Positions 31,284-46,697 of a stretch of DNA of 64,000 bases are shown here, piece after piece. Each line of letters opens with the position of its first letter. Positions within the stretch are counted from its first letter, which is position 1. The notes beneath the pieces were generated by a model. The model did no database searches. It was not told the origin of the DNA and saw nothing but the letters and a program-made list of their open reading frames with translations. The stretch lies in NCBI GenBank assembly GCA_964016885.1, contig OZ024745.1, positions 88,412,001 to 88,476,000 of the forward strand, in the 5' to 3' direction. The position numbers and the translations under genes are program-made. The stretch is from Eledone cirrhosa (lineage: Eukaryota).

Positions 31284-31975
31284 TAATAAACAAATTAAGA
31301 TTTGTTCAATCAACAAATTAAAGGAAAGTCATCTGACTAATGCACACACAAATACCTGAAATAATTGAAGTTTTGATTTAGTCGAAAACAAAAAGCATAT
31401 TTTTAGTAATGTACTGAAGAGCCGATTTCAAGAAAATAAGACTTAAATTCATGAAACTAATGTACATGTAAAGAAGGAATATCTGATATTTGTCAGTAGG
31501 TATGATGAGAGTTAGAGACATGTTCATGTTTTACCGAATCTCCTCCGCACAACATACTGAAACTCTATAAAAATGTTCACATATAGAAAGGAATTATGAA
31601 AATGTTGCGCCAGTAGTAATTTGCATGATTAAATAGCATTGACTCGTTAAAATTGTTTTTAAAATCATTATTAATATTTTCCACGGTGAATGCTAAATAA
31701 TTGATAAATAAAGACTAAAGTTAAGCTTCGACTGATAGATAATACAGCTTTTAATCAAGATAATTGTTGAATATCTAATTAGATTTTAACTATTCACTTT
31801 ATTTCTTTAATGTCCCATTCAATTTGTGATACTTCTTAAAATATATTACATGCACCGTTACTTTAAACATGTTAGAATACAGGCGATCACTTTCTACAAA
31901 CTATATCTGTCTGCCTGTCTGTTTCTCTATCCTTGTTCTCATAACCTTCTTTAATTCTAGGAATATAATCTTCAT

Positions 31976-32532
<557 letters not shown>

Positions 32533-32545
32533 CATATATATATAT

Positions 32546-33910
32546 ATATTGTTATTCTTTGGGAGGGTCATGTTGTCAATAAGAAACACACGCACCAGAT
32601 GCTTTCACTTCAATTTATTATATATTAAATTTATAAATTTAAGAATTTATAAATTTCCGGTTGGCTGGTTGGTTGGTTGGTTCCACAACCGGGCGGTTGT
32701 TCATATATTGTCAACGTTCTTTCGTCACACATTATGTGACCTTCTCAGTGACTGGGGATTATTTTCTTTGTTTTTGTGCCTCTCCTTTGTTCTGTCCTAC
32801 GCCATCTTGTTTTTGTGTGTGTTTATATTTGTTTATTTACATGTTACTGGCTGGTTGTTTGTTCTATGTGTGTGTATTTTCATTTTGTCCTTAATTGTAA
32901 GTTGTGATGTTGCTATTCCATTCATGTTTTGTAATTAATTTTGGTTGGAGTTCATTTATGCTTATTGCCTCTGTGATTTGTCTAAACATTGCGTCTTTTC
33001 TGTGTGTAGATTCTATTTTTATTTCTATGTTCTCTAATTGACACTTATGTTCTATTTTAGCATGTTGGTGGAGTACAGATGATTCTTTTCTCTCTCCAAG
33101 CTCGTGCCAGTGTTCATTTATCCGTTCTACTATAAAACGAGCTGTCTCATCTATGTACACTATATTCTTATCTCTACATTGTCCTTCCATACATCTTATG
33201 CTATAAACTACATTTCTAGTTTTACAGTTAATATGGATGATTAGTTTACAGATTATACATTTCTTATCTATACAGAGAGGTCTTTGAAAAGGGTATGTAT
33301 TGCTAATAAGTGTTTTTATGGAGGTACCTGCTCTTTCTACTATCTTAATATTGAGTATATGTTTATCTAGGGCCCTTCTAAATTTGTAAGCTAATTCACC
33401 TCTAGAGATTGTATTGATGAACATTACACTCTGGTATTTATTGCTATCATACCACGAGTTTATTCTATTAACCTTATTCCCAGTTCTTTCTATTCTATTC
33501 AAAACTTTGCTCCTATACAAGGGGCAGGTCCTATTTGTATCATTATATACCATTTTTTCCCATTTGGTTCTGGCTCCTCTATATATTCTGATTTTATCTC
33601 TCTGATTGTAACCAGAGAACTGCATACGGTGGATGAAGTGTTGTATGTGTCTCTCTAGTTCTTTGGGGTTACACATGCGGGGCACGTTTCTCATCACCCG
33701 TACCAAATCCGCAATCAGTATGTTAATTTTGGTGTGGTCCGAAACAGCTGAGTTTTGGTGGATTAGATATTTGGAAATCATGGGTTTGGCATAATGGGAA
33801 TGGTGTGTTTCTTATTGGCAACATGACCCTCCTAAAGCATAACAATATCGGTTTCAACACACGTGTTCAGATAAAGAATCTTGCTAAACAACTTCAGAAA
33901 CGAAATATAT
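32546..33910 (-). mobile_element. Penelope-like element family A, copy 3: 5'-truncated with inverted 3'-end cap (33804-33910)
   Basis: ORF 32891-33781 (thumb, linker, GIY-YIG) closely matches copy 2. Damaged HHR at 32710-32752. Confidence 0.92.
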
Positions 33911-33973
33911 GTGTATATAGTAGTGAAACAGTGAAGAATAACATGGTCGGCTGTACTAAAAAGATTTTATTTA

Positions 33974-34088
33974 CAGTATCTACAATTGTTTCCTTGATCA
34001 GGTGAGTCTAAAGGCCACTGATCACTCGAAATTGCGTCACTCAACCTTAACTAGCGTGTGTGTCTCTGATCAAATCATCGGAATACTG
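33974..34088 (-). ncRNA. Type I hammerhead with 64-nt loop II insertion (U4C core)
   Basis: cagtatt CCGATGA tttgatcag [64 nt] ctgatcaag GAAA CAATTG TA gatactg: stem I 7 bp, stem II 9 bp. A short fold-back follows at 34092-34122. Confidence 0.8.
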
Positions 34089-34118
34089 GGCTAGTATTCC
34101 GATGATTTGATCAGAGAC

Positions 34119-34171
<53 letters not shown>

Positions 34172-34778
34172 TCTCCCGATGATTTCCTTCGAATGAAATC
34201 GTGCATATATACTACTATATATTGAGTACCTTACTTACTGTGGTTACCTCCGATTGAACCGAGGACTCATATACATATATATAATCATTGTTTTATATTG
34301 ATTTACGTCCTGCTACAAAAAAAAAAGAAACATTCATTGGCCAAACGAAAGAATATAGAAATAGAAATACGTAATCGTAGTAACTGCGGAGATTTGGTGA
34401 TTCTTTTGTATTCGGACATTTTATCACTTCTTCATCAATTAACGCAACATATCCTCAGATTGATTTGAACCTAAAATTGTAAGCGCCGTTATTAATTTAC
34501 TTTACTCTGTATAAAATACACTATAAACAATTGAAGATACCAAAATAACTCGATAAATATTCAAACCTTGGTGAGGAGAAATCTCAACATTCTTAATAAT
34601 AGCGCCATTAATATACACCTCTGCAAAAACAGCCTGTATTATCTTTGAACATGACTATATCAATGTTCAGGGAGATACACGTTTTGATTGAATTCGATGA
34701 TGAATATATTCCTCTCTGGTATTAACTCCTTTGGTGACTACACCAATCCTTGGTGTGTAACATTATTTGTAGGACAAG

Positions 34779-34970
34779 GGCGGTGGATTGGCAATATCGG
34801 TAGAGGGTCGGACGCCATGCTTTGCAGCAAAGAGTTACGGCCCTTTATGGTCTGAGTTCAAATCCCGCCGAGGTTAACTTTGCCTTTCATCCTTACAGGG
34901 TCGATAAAATAAAGTACCAGTAATACACTGGATAATTGCTGGCCTTGTGCCAAAAGTAGAAACAATTATT
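34779..34970 (+). mobile_element. tRNA-derived SINE (short form, well preserved)
   Basis: GGGCGGTGGATTGGCAATATCGG..GAGTTCAAATCC..core..GAAACAATTATT. Confidence 0.92.
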
Positions 34971-36105
34971 TGTAGGACAATTGAATGGTTAAATGGAGAA
35001 GCTAGCTGTTAATCTTCCTATACGCAGGCCTCCTTCCTCAATTCATCTGGTAGTTGAAAGTGAGTGACATTTTCATATCCTTAATCTCCTCCCATCTGCT
35101 GGAATGCTGACGTGAACGGTTGCCAGTAACAACCATGATTCTTGAAGAGTTAATGGTAATCCTTTCCACAATAGTCTTGGGCTGGTCACTGAACTGCGGC
35201 GTTCGTCTACTATGTACGGCAATGCTCATTGTGAAGCTAGGAGTAAGTAAAAATTCCTCCGAGGATTATTCGAGTGAGACATACGCACTGTATGTAGAAG
35301 CCATTTCAATTGATGCCTCTATATTGTGAATTCAATGCTGCATGTGTTGTATTAATAAAACATTCTGGTGTATTTAATCCAATCTGGCCAGGAGACAGAT
35401 TCCCATGTACCTAATCCAATCGAGCCAGGAGACAGATTCACGTGTATTTAATCCAATCTGGCCAGGAGAGAAATATGATCTTAAGGAGAGAGCGAATATT
35501 AAGAGGTCAGATGGAATGTTAAAAATGACGTGTGTCGTTGTCAATAGTTGACATCCATACCGGAAAGCAGTAATACACTGTCCGGTAGACAACATGATAT
35601 AGAGAATGGAGTTGATTATTACGACAAAAACCCTCCTTCTGAGCTTTCCAAAAGCTACAGAGGTTGTCATCGACAATATACATGTCACTAAGTTGACAAG
35701 CCGTCCCGAGCTAGGGAGAGAACTTACTATCAGGGAAATGAGACACTATAATATAGTTATTGCTGCACTAAGTAGAAGAGGTTTCTCTTAACAGAAGCGG
35801 TTTCTCTTAACGAGGTCGATGGAAGCCATGTCTCATCACGGTAGAATTGCATTGACTTTCCTGTTAAATGTAGACTATCTAAACTGAATGAGTGTATAGT
35901 TAATAAAAGAGAGGCTAATATCACTCAGTGTTTCCCTTACAAGAGGCACGACCCATCCTTACTGGATGTTCATGCAGTAATTCTGATATATGATAGTCTG
36001 GATGAAACTGCTTCTATCAGATATTAGATGAGATATTGATTGAAAAAAATTGTTGAAACAATGTTATCATAGGTTTTATTAATGAAATACTTACACATAT
36101 ACATA

Positions 36106-36175
<70 letters not shown>

Positions 36176-36179
<4 letters not shown>

Positions 36180-36522
36180 CTCGTTTTATTTACAATCCTT
36201 TAAAATTTATGATTTTATTAGAATGAAATAGTATGGTAAAATATTAAATGTTAAGTGTTAATTGAACAAGTAGTTTCATGCTTTCGCAATCTTCAGGTTC
36301 ATATTGTGTGGTAACAGTCAAGTTTGAAATTTTCAACTGACAGTTGAAAATTGCAAACTTGACTGTCACCAGAGAATGTGAACCTGAAGATTGCGAAAGC
36401 ATGAAAGTTCTTGTTCAATTAACACTTAACATTTAATATTCTGCCATAATATTTCATTCTAATACCATTATAAATTTTAAAGGATTGTAAATAAAACGAG
36501 TAAATCAGACAAAGTTGGAATT
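36176..36522. mobile_element. Fold-back mini-element family F with divergent minimal hammerheads (36263-36301 minus, 36379-36417 plus)
   Basis: About 165-bp inverted arms. tgaac CTGAAGA t TGC gaaa GCA t GAAA gttc TT gttca. A second copy lies at 49028-49410. Confidence 0.85.
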
Positions 36523-36565
36523 GGTGCGTTATGGTCCATCAGGTTCGTTACCATTTTTCCTTCGT

Positions 36566-36597
<32 letters not shown>

Positions 36598-36826
36598 GTT
36601 ATGTAATAAACAACATAAGATCATTATTTGATTTACCAGTGGTTTCCTGAAAGTAAACACAATTTGCTTTCAGTCATCAGAATGAAAAAATCCTGGTGTA
36701 TTTATTGACAGTGGATTTTAAAAACATAATATAGTGAGGCTGGAAAAGGAAGAAGGAAAGGAAAAAGAATAAATATAAAAGTAGATAAAAACACATGCAC
36801 ACGCATACACACACGCACATATACAT

Positions 36827-36857
<31 letters not shown>

Positions 36858-37056
36858 CATACACACATATATACACATACATATATATATATATCCATAC
36901 ATACACATACACATAAGTACACAAACACACATACATATATATATATATATACATAATCATACATATATATACACACGTACATACAAACACATACATACAC
37001 ACATTTACACATACACATACATACATATAAATATATACATACACACACACACACAT

Positions 37057-37150
<94 letters not shown>

Positions 37151-37152
37151 GT

Positions 37153-38030
37153 GTATAGTATTAGTTATACTATTTATGGTTATGTAAACACAAAACCTTA
37201 AGCAGTTGTAAGTATTTTACACACACCCTAAATAGTGGTAGTCAGTAATGTATTACTACCTTATTACCAGTAAGTTAAGTAGCTCAATGTAAAAACATCA
37301 GATGATTTACAGAGCAGTTATATGAAATATAAGAATCAAAGAACTGTTCAAAACATTATTGTGCTTACAGCTGTTTCCTCCAAACCGAGGTTTGGATTCT
37401 TCGGAGCAATTTATTAATGCATGGACAGTTATATGACCTCCTTTTCAGCCGAGAGACATACCAATACATATTCAAACATTGATACATATTCAAACATTGT
37501 GGGTCAACATTCATTACAGAATTTAGAGTGGCAGTACACACTTCGAGATTACATTTATATTAATAGGTACAATCAAAAATCAAGGATATAGGTTAAAGTA
37601 CAACATGAAGATATAGTGCAAATGTTATATGTGTGGCACGCATGTGCGTCTTGTTTATATAGTGTGGCAGAGAGATATGTGTGGTAGAGGCACTTAGGTA
37701 GGTAAATAAGAGTGTTAGGTTGGTGGATCTGGTGGCAAAGTCTTTATATGATTGATATAGTCTGTGTGTGGAGAAATATTATAAGCATTAAAGATAGTGC
37801 AAGCATTAAAAGTGTTATAAGTATTGGAGATGCGCAGCGCAGGGATGTCAAGTAATTCATGTACTTCGGCATTTTCATGGTCAAGGGTGTGTATATTTCG
37901 ATTATATGCCTTTCACATAATCCACGACAATCCAGTTAGAGATCGTAGTCTGGTGTTCTTTAGTTCGATACAGGAGGTTGTTACGTTTCGAGACACGCCA
38001 TTGAATACCGGAAGTGTGTTTATATTTCAT
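37153..38030 (-). mobile_element. PLE family E 3' remnant (pLTR plus decayed ORF end)
   Basis: TA-flanked segment containing a clear HHR and a GCACGCATGTGCG motif. Coding similarity is weak. Confidence 0.55.
37362..37408 (-). ncRNA. Type I hammerhead motif (U4C core)
   Basis: tgct CCGAAGA a TCCAAAC ctcg GTTTGGA g GAAA CAGCTG TA agca. Confidence 0.8.
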
Positions 38031-38049
38031 ATATGTGTATATATATATA

Positions 38050-38810
38050 TCACTTTTGAGCTGACTTTTGGGATGCTCCCATACAGCTCTGAGATTTTCA
38101 TTCTCAGTGTATACTGATTAATGTTCAGAGCCATCCTCAGCATTCTCGTGTAGCACCCATCCACCATCTGAGTGAGTTTCTTGGTCAGTGTCCAAGTCTC
38201 AGACCCATACAGCAGCACAGACTCCACTACAGCAATGAACAGGCGGATTTTCAGGTCTCTACGAAGGTCCAACTTCCACACCGATCTCAAGCTGTGGCAT
38301 GCCTCCCAGGCCTTGCTCTTCCTCTCAACCATATCATCTTCCGTATTCCCAATCTTTGCTCCCAAATACAGGAAGCCCTCAACCAATTCTAGCGGCTTCC
38401 CGCCTACATTAGTGATCCCTTCTGGCTTCTCAACATTCTCTACCAGATATTGTGTTTTAGTCTAATTCATTCTCAGCCCCACACTCATCGACACAGTCTC
38501 AACCTCCCGCATCAAATCCTCTGCCTCCTTCACTGTATTTGTCACCAAAACTATGTCACCAAAACTAACACAGAGGAGACTGAGGTTAGCTGGACATGCT
38601 CACCGACATCCAGAGTTGACATTGCACTCAGTTGTCCTTTGGGAGACCCTACATGGACACACTAGAATAGGAAGACCAAGGTTAAAGTATGTTGATGCCC
38701 TAAGGACAGACAATGGTCTGTTGGAGACGCAGGACATGGCAGCGATAATGAAGAACAGAGACCGCTGGAGAGAACTCGTCCATGGATCTCGGGAATTTTA
38801 CCCGCCTTAG
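38050..38810 (+). mobile_element. RTE-like LINE 3' fragment with inverted 5' part (38050-38552 minus, 38553-38810 plus)
   Basis: Minus: FLYLGAKI..VESVLLYGSETWTLT..DGCYTRMLRMALN..PKVSSKV. Plus continues [31 protein letters not shown] flanks. Confidence 0.85.
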
Positions 38811-38882
38811 AATATATATATATATGTAGGAAAAGTATGACCCATACGCAAGAGCTCAAGTCGTTTCGACGGCTGTTATATG

Positions 38883-38914
<32 letters not shown>

Positions 38915-38947
38915 AAAATACACGTATACACACACACACACACTAAT

Positions 38948-38978
<31 letters not shown>

Positions 38979-39104
38979 CATACATATACATACAGATATA
39001 TATAATTATATACATATATATATATATATACATATATTTATATACATATATACACATATACACAACACATACATACACACAGAAATAAATATCTATAAAC
39101 AAAA

Positions 39105-40628
39105 CATGTCGGTATGTAAAGGGTAAGGTAGAAAGTAGGGGGAATAAGGAAAATAAATAACAGGAAAAAGTTTAAATATAAGGGGAGATAAGGGAGAAAA
39201 ATAATATAAGTGTACAGAAAGTGAGTACAGAGAGTAATAAAAATCGTAGTCGATGTAAGGCCTAAAGAGCAGAGAAGAAGTTCAAGGTGGTTGAGTCATC
39301 GTAGGAATGTCATTTCAGGTGAAGACAACATCTGAAGATCTCGGTCTTGGAGTTCAGGCAAGTTGAAGCGGCTTTCAAGTTTTGTAGAATTCTAAATTTT
39401 TCAGTGGTACACAAAGACCAATTCTCTGTGGTCCTTTTGGTATTCCCACGAATGGTCTAAAATAGACCAATCGATAGAGTACGGGATGTTTTATTTTTGA
39501 ATTCCCACACCTTATTTGCGAGAGCCGTTGCCGTTCTTTTATCAGAGTGTTTAAAAGAAGCGACATGTGCATAAAACCTGTATTTGAACCTGTCCTGAGT
39601 CATGCCAACATATCGTTCATTCCTGGCTGGTTGTTAATCAAAGGTGTCACTTTGTCCTCATATACAACGGATTTGGTATTACATTTGCCCTGTAATGGGC
39701 ATTCATCCGGCTTCCTGCAACTGCATCCTGGATTTATTCTCGTACGATTAGAATTGGTGATTTTAGACTTCATTGATGGGCAGCAAGAGTAATTGATTTT
39801 AACTACATCTCTATTAAATATTTTATAATATATATCATTAGGGGGAAAATGTTTGTCTAAGAGGTCAAGGAATTTTCTTCCTACATTAGTTTTGACAGTT
39901 AGAGAGAAGGGGGCGGGGGGTGAAAACCAAATAATTTTCCTTTTCCTATTATTGTGATTAGTTTTAGGGGGAGAAGTAGGTAAAGATTTAATGTGTTCTG
40001 TAAAGCTGATGTTATTAAGGGCTTTGTTAAAAATGTCTAGAGACGAGATAAGGTAGAAATCCTACGGCTAATATTGGGAATAAGATTTTTAAAAACTATA
40101 GGGGGATGGCAAGACTCTTTGTGTATATATCTTAGATTTTCGTTATGATAAGGTTTAAAAGAGGCAGTAAGTAGATGAAGATTAATGTCAAGAAAGTTAG
40201 CATTGGTAAGGTTCGTATCTATAGTAATTTTAAGGTTTAGATTAGCAAAAGTATTGATTAAATCTTTATGGAATTTATCAAGGTTATGGCCGTTGGTTGT
40301 ATGAGAAACTGCCAATCCGTCGTCACGGTATAAACCGATATTATGGGAAGGATATTTCTCTTTAAGGGTGTGGAGAAGGATTAATCCTACTAAGTCAAAC
40401 ACATCCGCACTCTGATATGAACCCATTGCAACATCAAAACAGTTTTCAGGGCTTGACTTTTTACCCCAAATACTTTCATTAGTAAAGAGTAGAGTTTTCC
40501 TAGCATGAAAGATAATGTCTTCTAATTTAGAAATATTAATGAAGGGTCTTGCAAAATCTAAGGCTTTAGTTAATAAGGAAACAGTAATAGAGGGGTAAAA
40601 ATCAACAATATCAAATTGGTTAAATCTA

Positions 40629-40632
<4 letters not shown>
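39105..40632 (-). mobile_element. Penelope-like element family C (YRDD-type RT plus GIY-YIG), 5'-truncated and decayed
   Basis: FDIVDFYPSI, MGSYQSADVFDLVG, GLYRDDGL, CSCRKPDECPLQGKC..VVY..YVGMTQDRFK. Confidence 0.88.
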
Positions 40633-42282
<1,650 letters not shown>

Positions 42283-43762
42283 TGTATAATACATATACAT
42301 ACATATATACCAGTATACCAGTTTTGGGACTATTGTGCGATCGATAGTCTTTGATGAAAAATGAAAATCCTGTATCAATATTGGTATATATTTTTATCAA
42401 ATATCGATCGGTTAAGATATTGAAAATGGAACTTTGTACCTTACTCAAACATACTAACCTTTCCTTTTTTTCTGATACGCTTATTTTTTATTCTACTGAA
42501 ATACAAAAATACCAGCTTTTGCTTTATTTCCAGATCATCTTTTCATTCTATTCAAGAAGTGAACAATTGCAGGATTTTATGGATATTATATATAATCACT
42601 ATAATCATTGTTTTCACTAATGTTATGTTTAATCTCTTTATTTATCATCACTGTGGCCATTATATTTAAGCTTATTCTAATAATAATAATAATAATAATA
42701 ATGATAATAATAATAATAATAATAATAATAATTAGGGAAGAAGACGCACATGGTGGATGGAAGGTCGTGAAATCGCTCCCGTAAGTTTTGATTTTTAACA
42801 TATTTGAATCAATCGTGAAATAGCAATTCTTAGTACAAATGATACATAAGGCATCCGAATTGAGTCTCAGAAAAATTCGGATCCATAATATATTGTTATA
42901 TCGCTCAAATATTCAATTTTGTATTATACATTTTATGTTAAAAAAAGAAAATGGTTATAAATGGAAGAAAACCCCCTCTGTCTACACTATATAGAACAGC
43001 CAAATAACAGCAATTTCACCAACACCAGAAACTAGATAATTTCACCAACACCAGAAACCCATCACCCATCTGTGTAACTAAATACAACAGCCAGATAACG
43101 GCAATTTCACCACCACCACCACCAATCTCAGCATAATAATAATAATTACTATTATTATTGTCTCAAGTTTTAACAAAATGTTTCAAACCAATATTAAGGG
43201 AATATGTCAACACATATACGCGACTAACCCCATAGATTAACCGATCAAACAAAAATACAGTCTATTCAACAAAACTCAGTAACGACAACGCCATCACTAC
43301 AGTCACCGCCGCCGCCACCCATCCATCATTACTACCACTATCCCATCACCGCCGCCACCACTCCTTCATTGCTACCACCGCTATCCCCCCGTTACCTTCT
43401 GTTAACTTACGAAAGGGGAAGGTGGCGGTACCACTAGACAATATTAATAAACAAGATTAATATTTAATTTTGGATCAGGAATGTTAGAGTCAAAATGGAG
43501 AAAAATGGCAAAATCACTAAATAAAAAACTAAAGATAATTTCACCACCAACACCACCACCACTACCGCGATGAAAACTCTGGTCAAGTCGACTCAACCGC
43601 TATTTCTACTCCAACTTCAACACCATCACTACAGTACTACGATCACATCACCACCACAACTGCCTCATTATCGCTACCGCCGCTATTCTCTCCCACTACC
43701 TCCTGCTAGTTGCTGCTAGTACAGCACCGCCACCACCACCACCACCACTGCCTCATTATCAC

Positions 43763-44500
43763 TGGTTGAAAAGAGGAGACCTTAAAAAGGCTACAGAAGG
43801 AATACTAATGGCTGCGCAGAAGCAGGCCTTCAAAACGAAGTGGCTGAAGCACCATATTTACTGTGTAGGATCTGTGGAGAGAGAGAGGAGACTGTGGCTC
43901 AGATTGTTTCCGAGTGTAAACCCTAGCCCAGACTCACTATAAAGGCTGGAGACATGATGTGATGGGCAGGGTGATCCACTGGCACCTATGCAAAGTAAAC
44001 AATTTACCACATTCTGAGAAGTGGTATGAGCATACGCCAGAGTCGGTCATGGAAAACGGTCAGGTGAAGGTGCTGTGAGATTTTAGAATACAGACGGACA
44101 AGAAACTGGAACACAATAGACCTGACCTGGTGGTTTTGGACAAGGGAAAAAGATCGTGCCTGATTGTGGATGTGGCCTGCCCATTCGACCCGAGAGTGCA
44201 AGAGAAGGAGAGGGAGAAAATTAACCGATACCAGGACTTAAAGTGGGAGGTAAAAAGGATTTGGAACTGCCATGAGGTCAAAGTGGTCCCGATTGTCATA
44301 GGCGCACTAGGTACTATCTCAAAGAGTTTCCAAGGATGGGTAAAGAAAATTGGTCCCGTCCCGCTTTTTGGAACACTTCAAAAGGCATGCTTGCTGGGAA
44401 CAGCAACAAGCCTACGATACGTCCAGAATATCTGCAGGTAGTGTCCTGATATTCATTTCAACAAACTTTCCAGTTAAATAACTGAGACTCAAAGAACAAT
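43763..44500 (+). mobile_element. R4/Dong-clade non-LTR retrotransposon 3' fragment (CCHC plus REL endonuclease)
   Basis: WLKRGDLKKATEGILMAAQ..CRICGEREETVAQIVSEC..RHD..NRPDLVV..IVDVACPFD..EKINRYQDL..VPIVIGALG..LQKACLLGTA. Confidence 0.9.
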
Positions 44501-44504
44501 ACTA

Positions 44505-44925
44505 ATTGTTTCTACTTTAGGCACAAGGCCAGCAATTACCCATGTATTACTGTTACTTTATTTTATCGACCCCGTAAGGATGAAAGGCAAAGTCAACCTC
44601 GGTGAGATTTGAACTCAGATCGTAAAGGGACGTAACTATGCTGGAAAGCATGGCGTCCGACCCTCTACCGATACTGCCAATCCACCGCCAGAACAATAAT
44701 AATAATAATAATAATGGTTTCTTATATAGGCACAAGGCCAGTAATTTTTGGGGGAGGGAAAGTCAATGAAATTGACCCCAGTGCGTGACTGGTACTTTAT
44801 TTTATCGACCCCGTAAGGATGAAAGGCAAAGTTAATCTCGGCGGTATTTGAACTCAGCTCATAAAGGTCCGTAACTGTATGCGGCAAAGCATGGCGTCCG
44901 ACCCTCTACCGATACTGCCAATCCA
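44505..44925 (-). mobile_element. SINE pair (short form 44505-44690, long form 44713-44925)
   Basis: Two co-oriented copies separated by (AAT)n. Confidence 0.9.
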
Positions 44926-45040
44926 CTATAATAATAATAATAATAATCAGCAGCAGCATCACCATCATCATCTACATATCGTTATATTTATTATTATCAG
45001 GATCAGCATCATCATCATCATCATCATCATCATCACCACC

Positions 45041-45084
<44 letters not shown>

Positions 45085-45231
45085 TATCATGACCATCATC
45101 ATTACCATTATCCCTCATTCAGAAGTAAACTTTTAATGATTATTTGTTACGATGAATGACTTTAAAGATACAGTAAAAGCTATCCGTCTTTCTACAATAC
45201 ATGTTATATATATATATATATATATATATAT

Positions 45232-46697
45232 GGTATAACAAGTTATCGTAATATGTAATCCGGTTAGAGTTTATGAGTACTCCACGTCGTGGATAGTTTT
45301 AACGTACGACTTTGTTTGACTCAACAAGATCTTTCCATAGTTATGCAGCGAGATCGCGGTAATTTCTATGCAGGTTATACTTGGAGTAAAAATTCTTAAA
45401 GAAAGAAGAGTAACATGGTTGGCTGTACGATAAGGGTTTTATTTAAAGTACTGACAATTGTTTCGTTGATCAGGTGTGTCTAGAGTTCGCTAATCGCTTG
45501 AGGTTGCGTCAATCGATCTCCAATACATTGTTTACCACTGGTCAACACATCAGAGTACGTAGATATGAAAATAATTCACTCGAGGCAAGACTTATATAGA
45601 AAAACAGCTTAAAACCTAAACAATAACATCAATAATAAAATACCGTATAATTTAAACAATAACATCAATAATAATACATGTATGTTAAATAGATAGAGAA
45701 GTTACAGATGTAAAAAGTAAAAAGTAAAATATAAGATAGGGTACATTAAAAAATAATGAGAAAATGAGGAAATGGAATATATAAAGAAATAAATGAATGA
45801 GATAGTGCAAGTAGATGTTAGTAGTTTTTGAGTAAGTGTTCTTATAAGGATTCGTTGGTGCTAACATGAGAAACCAGATTTGAGATGTAGATAAATACGT
45901 GTAGAGGGTCCGAGAAAAGAAAAGACAATTAATTAGAGATTAATTGATGTATACATATATTATATTTATGGGCTAGGGATGACGGAACGTTTGATAAACG
46001 CTTGTTGTAAATGTTTTGCTGATTGTTCTACCTTAATGGGATTTATGGATAGAGGGTGGAATTCAATAACCTCCAATGAGGAATTTATAGAGACGATACA
46101 CTCCTTCTAGCCAAAAACTTAAATAATCAGAACATGGAAAGATTACGTAAAAACATTAGAATATACTTCAAAAATCTAGACCTAGGTATCACTTTCGAAC
46201 TGAACTCTAAAAAAGCAAATTTCTTAGATGTAACTCTCAACCTAAGCACAGGATTAATAGAGCCCTTCCATAAGAATAACGAAAATCAAGCCTACATTAG
46301 TTACAACTCAAACCACCCCGATCCATAATTAACTCCATAGCACATAGGCGGGATATACTGAGGGATATACTATCTTCGAACCTAGGAATTTTTAACGAAC
46401 ACGCAAACTATTATAACATAGCTTTACATAAGGCTGGACATAAGGTGAAGCTGGAATACATACTAGAGAGAGACAACAACAACAAACCTAATGACATCAA
46501 CACTACCCGCTCATACAGAAATAAGAAGCATAAGACTAAGCATAGAATTAGACAACGAGCACCAAAAGTAACCGAACAGAACACTAACATTAGGACCCAA
46601 AAAAACTATAGAAGATCCAGAGAAAGAAAGTACCTATGGTTCAATCCAATATTCAAAAGCCCTTATTGTACAGTCAACCATGTTACTCTTCTTTCAC
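45232..46697. mobile_element. Rearranged PLE: minus-strand 3' end/pLTR (45232-~46075), plus-strand YRDD RT fragment (46080-46655), inverted pLTR piece (46655-46697)
   Basis: GIYRDDTLLL..NFLDVTLNL..SNHP..YLWFNP on +. 46655-46697 is the reverse complement of ~45400-45440. Confidence 0.75.
45448..45558 (-). ncRNA. Type I hammerhead with 64-nt loop II insertion
   Basis: gtact CTGATGT gttgaccag [64 nt] ctgatcaac GAAA CAATTG TC agtac (A9>U in this copy). Confidence 0.78.

Noticed and set aside
34779-34870. tRNA gene (A and B boxes)
   Set aside because: It is a SINE head followed by the SINE core and tail in about 20 copies. No cloverleaf.
35000-36050. Coding-looking segment with three short repeats at 35370-35470
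   Set aside because: No recognisable domain. Probably a very old LINE remnant.
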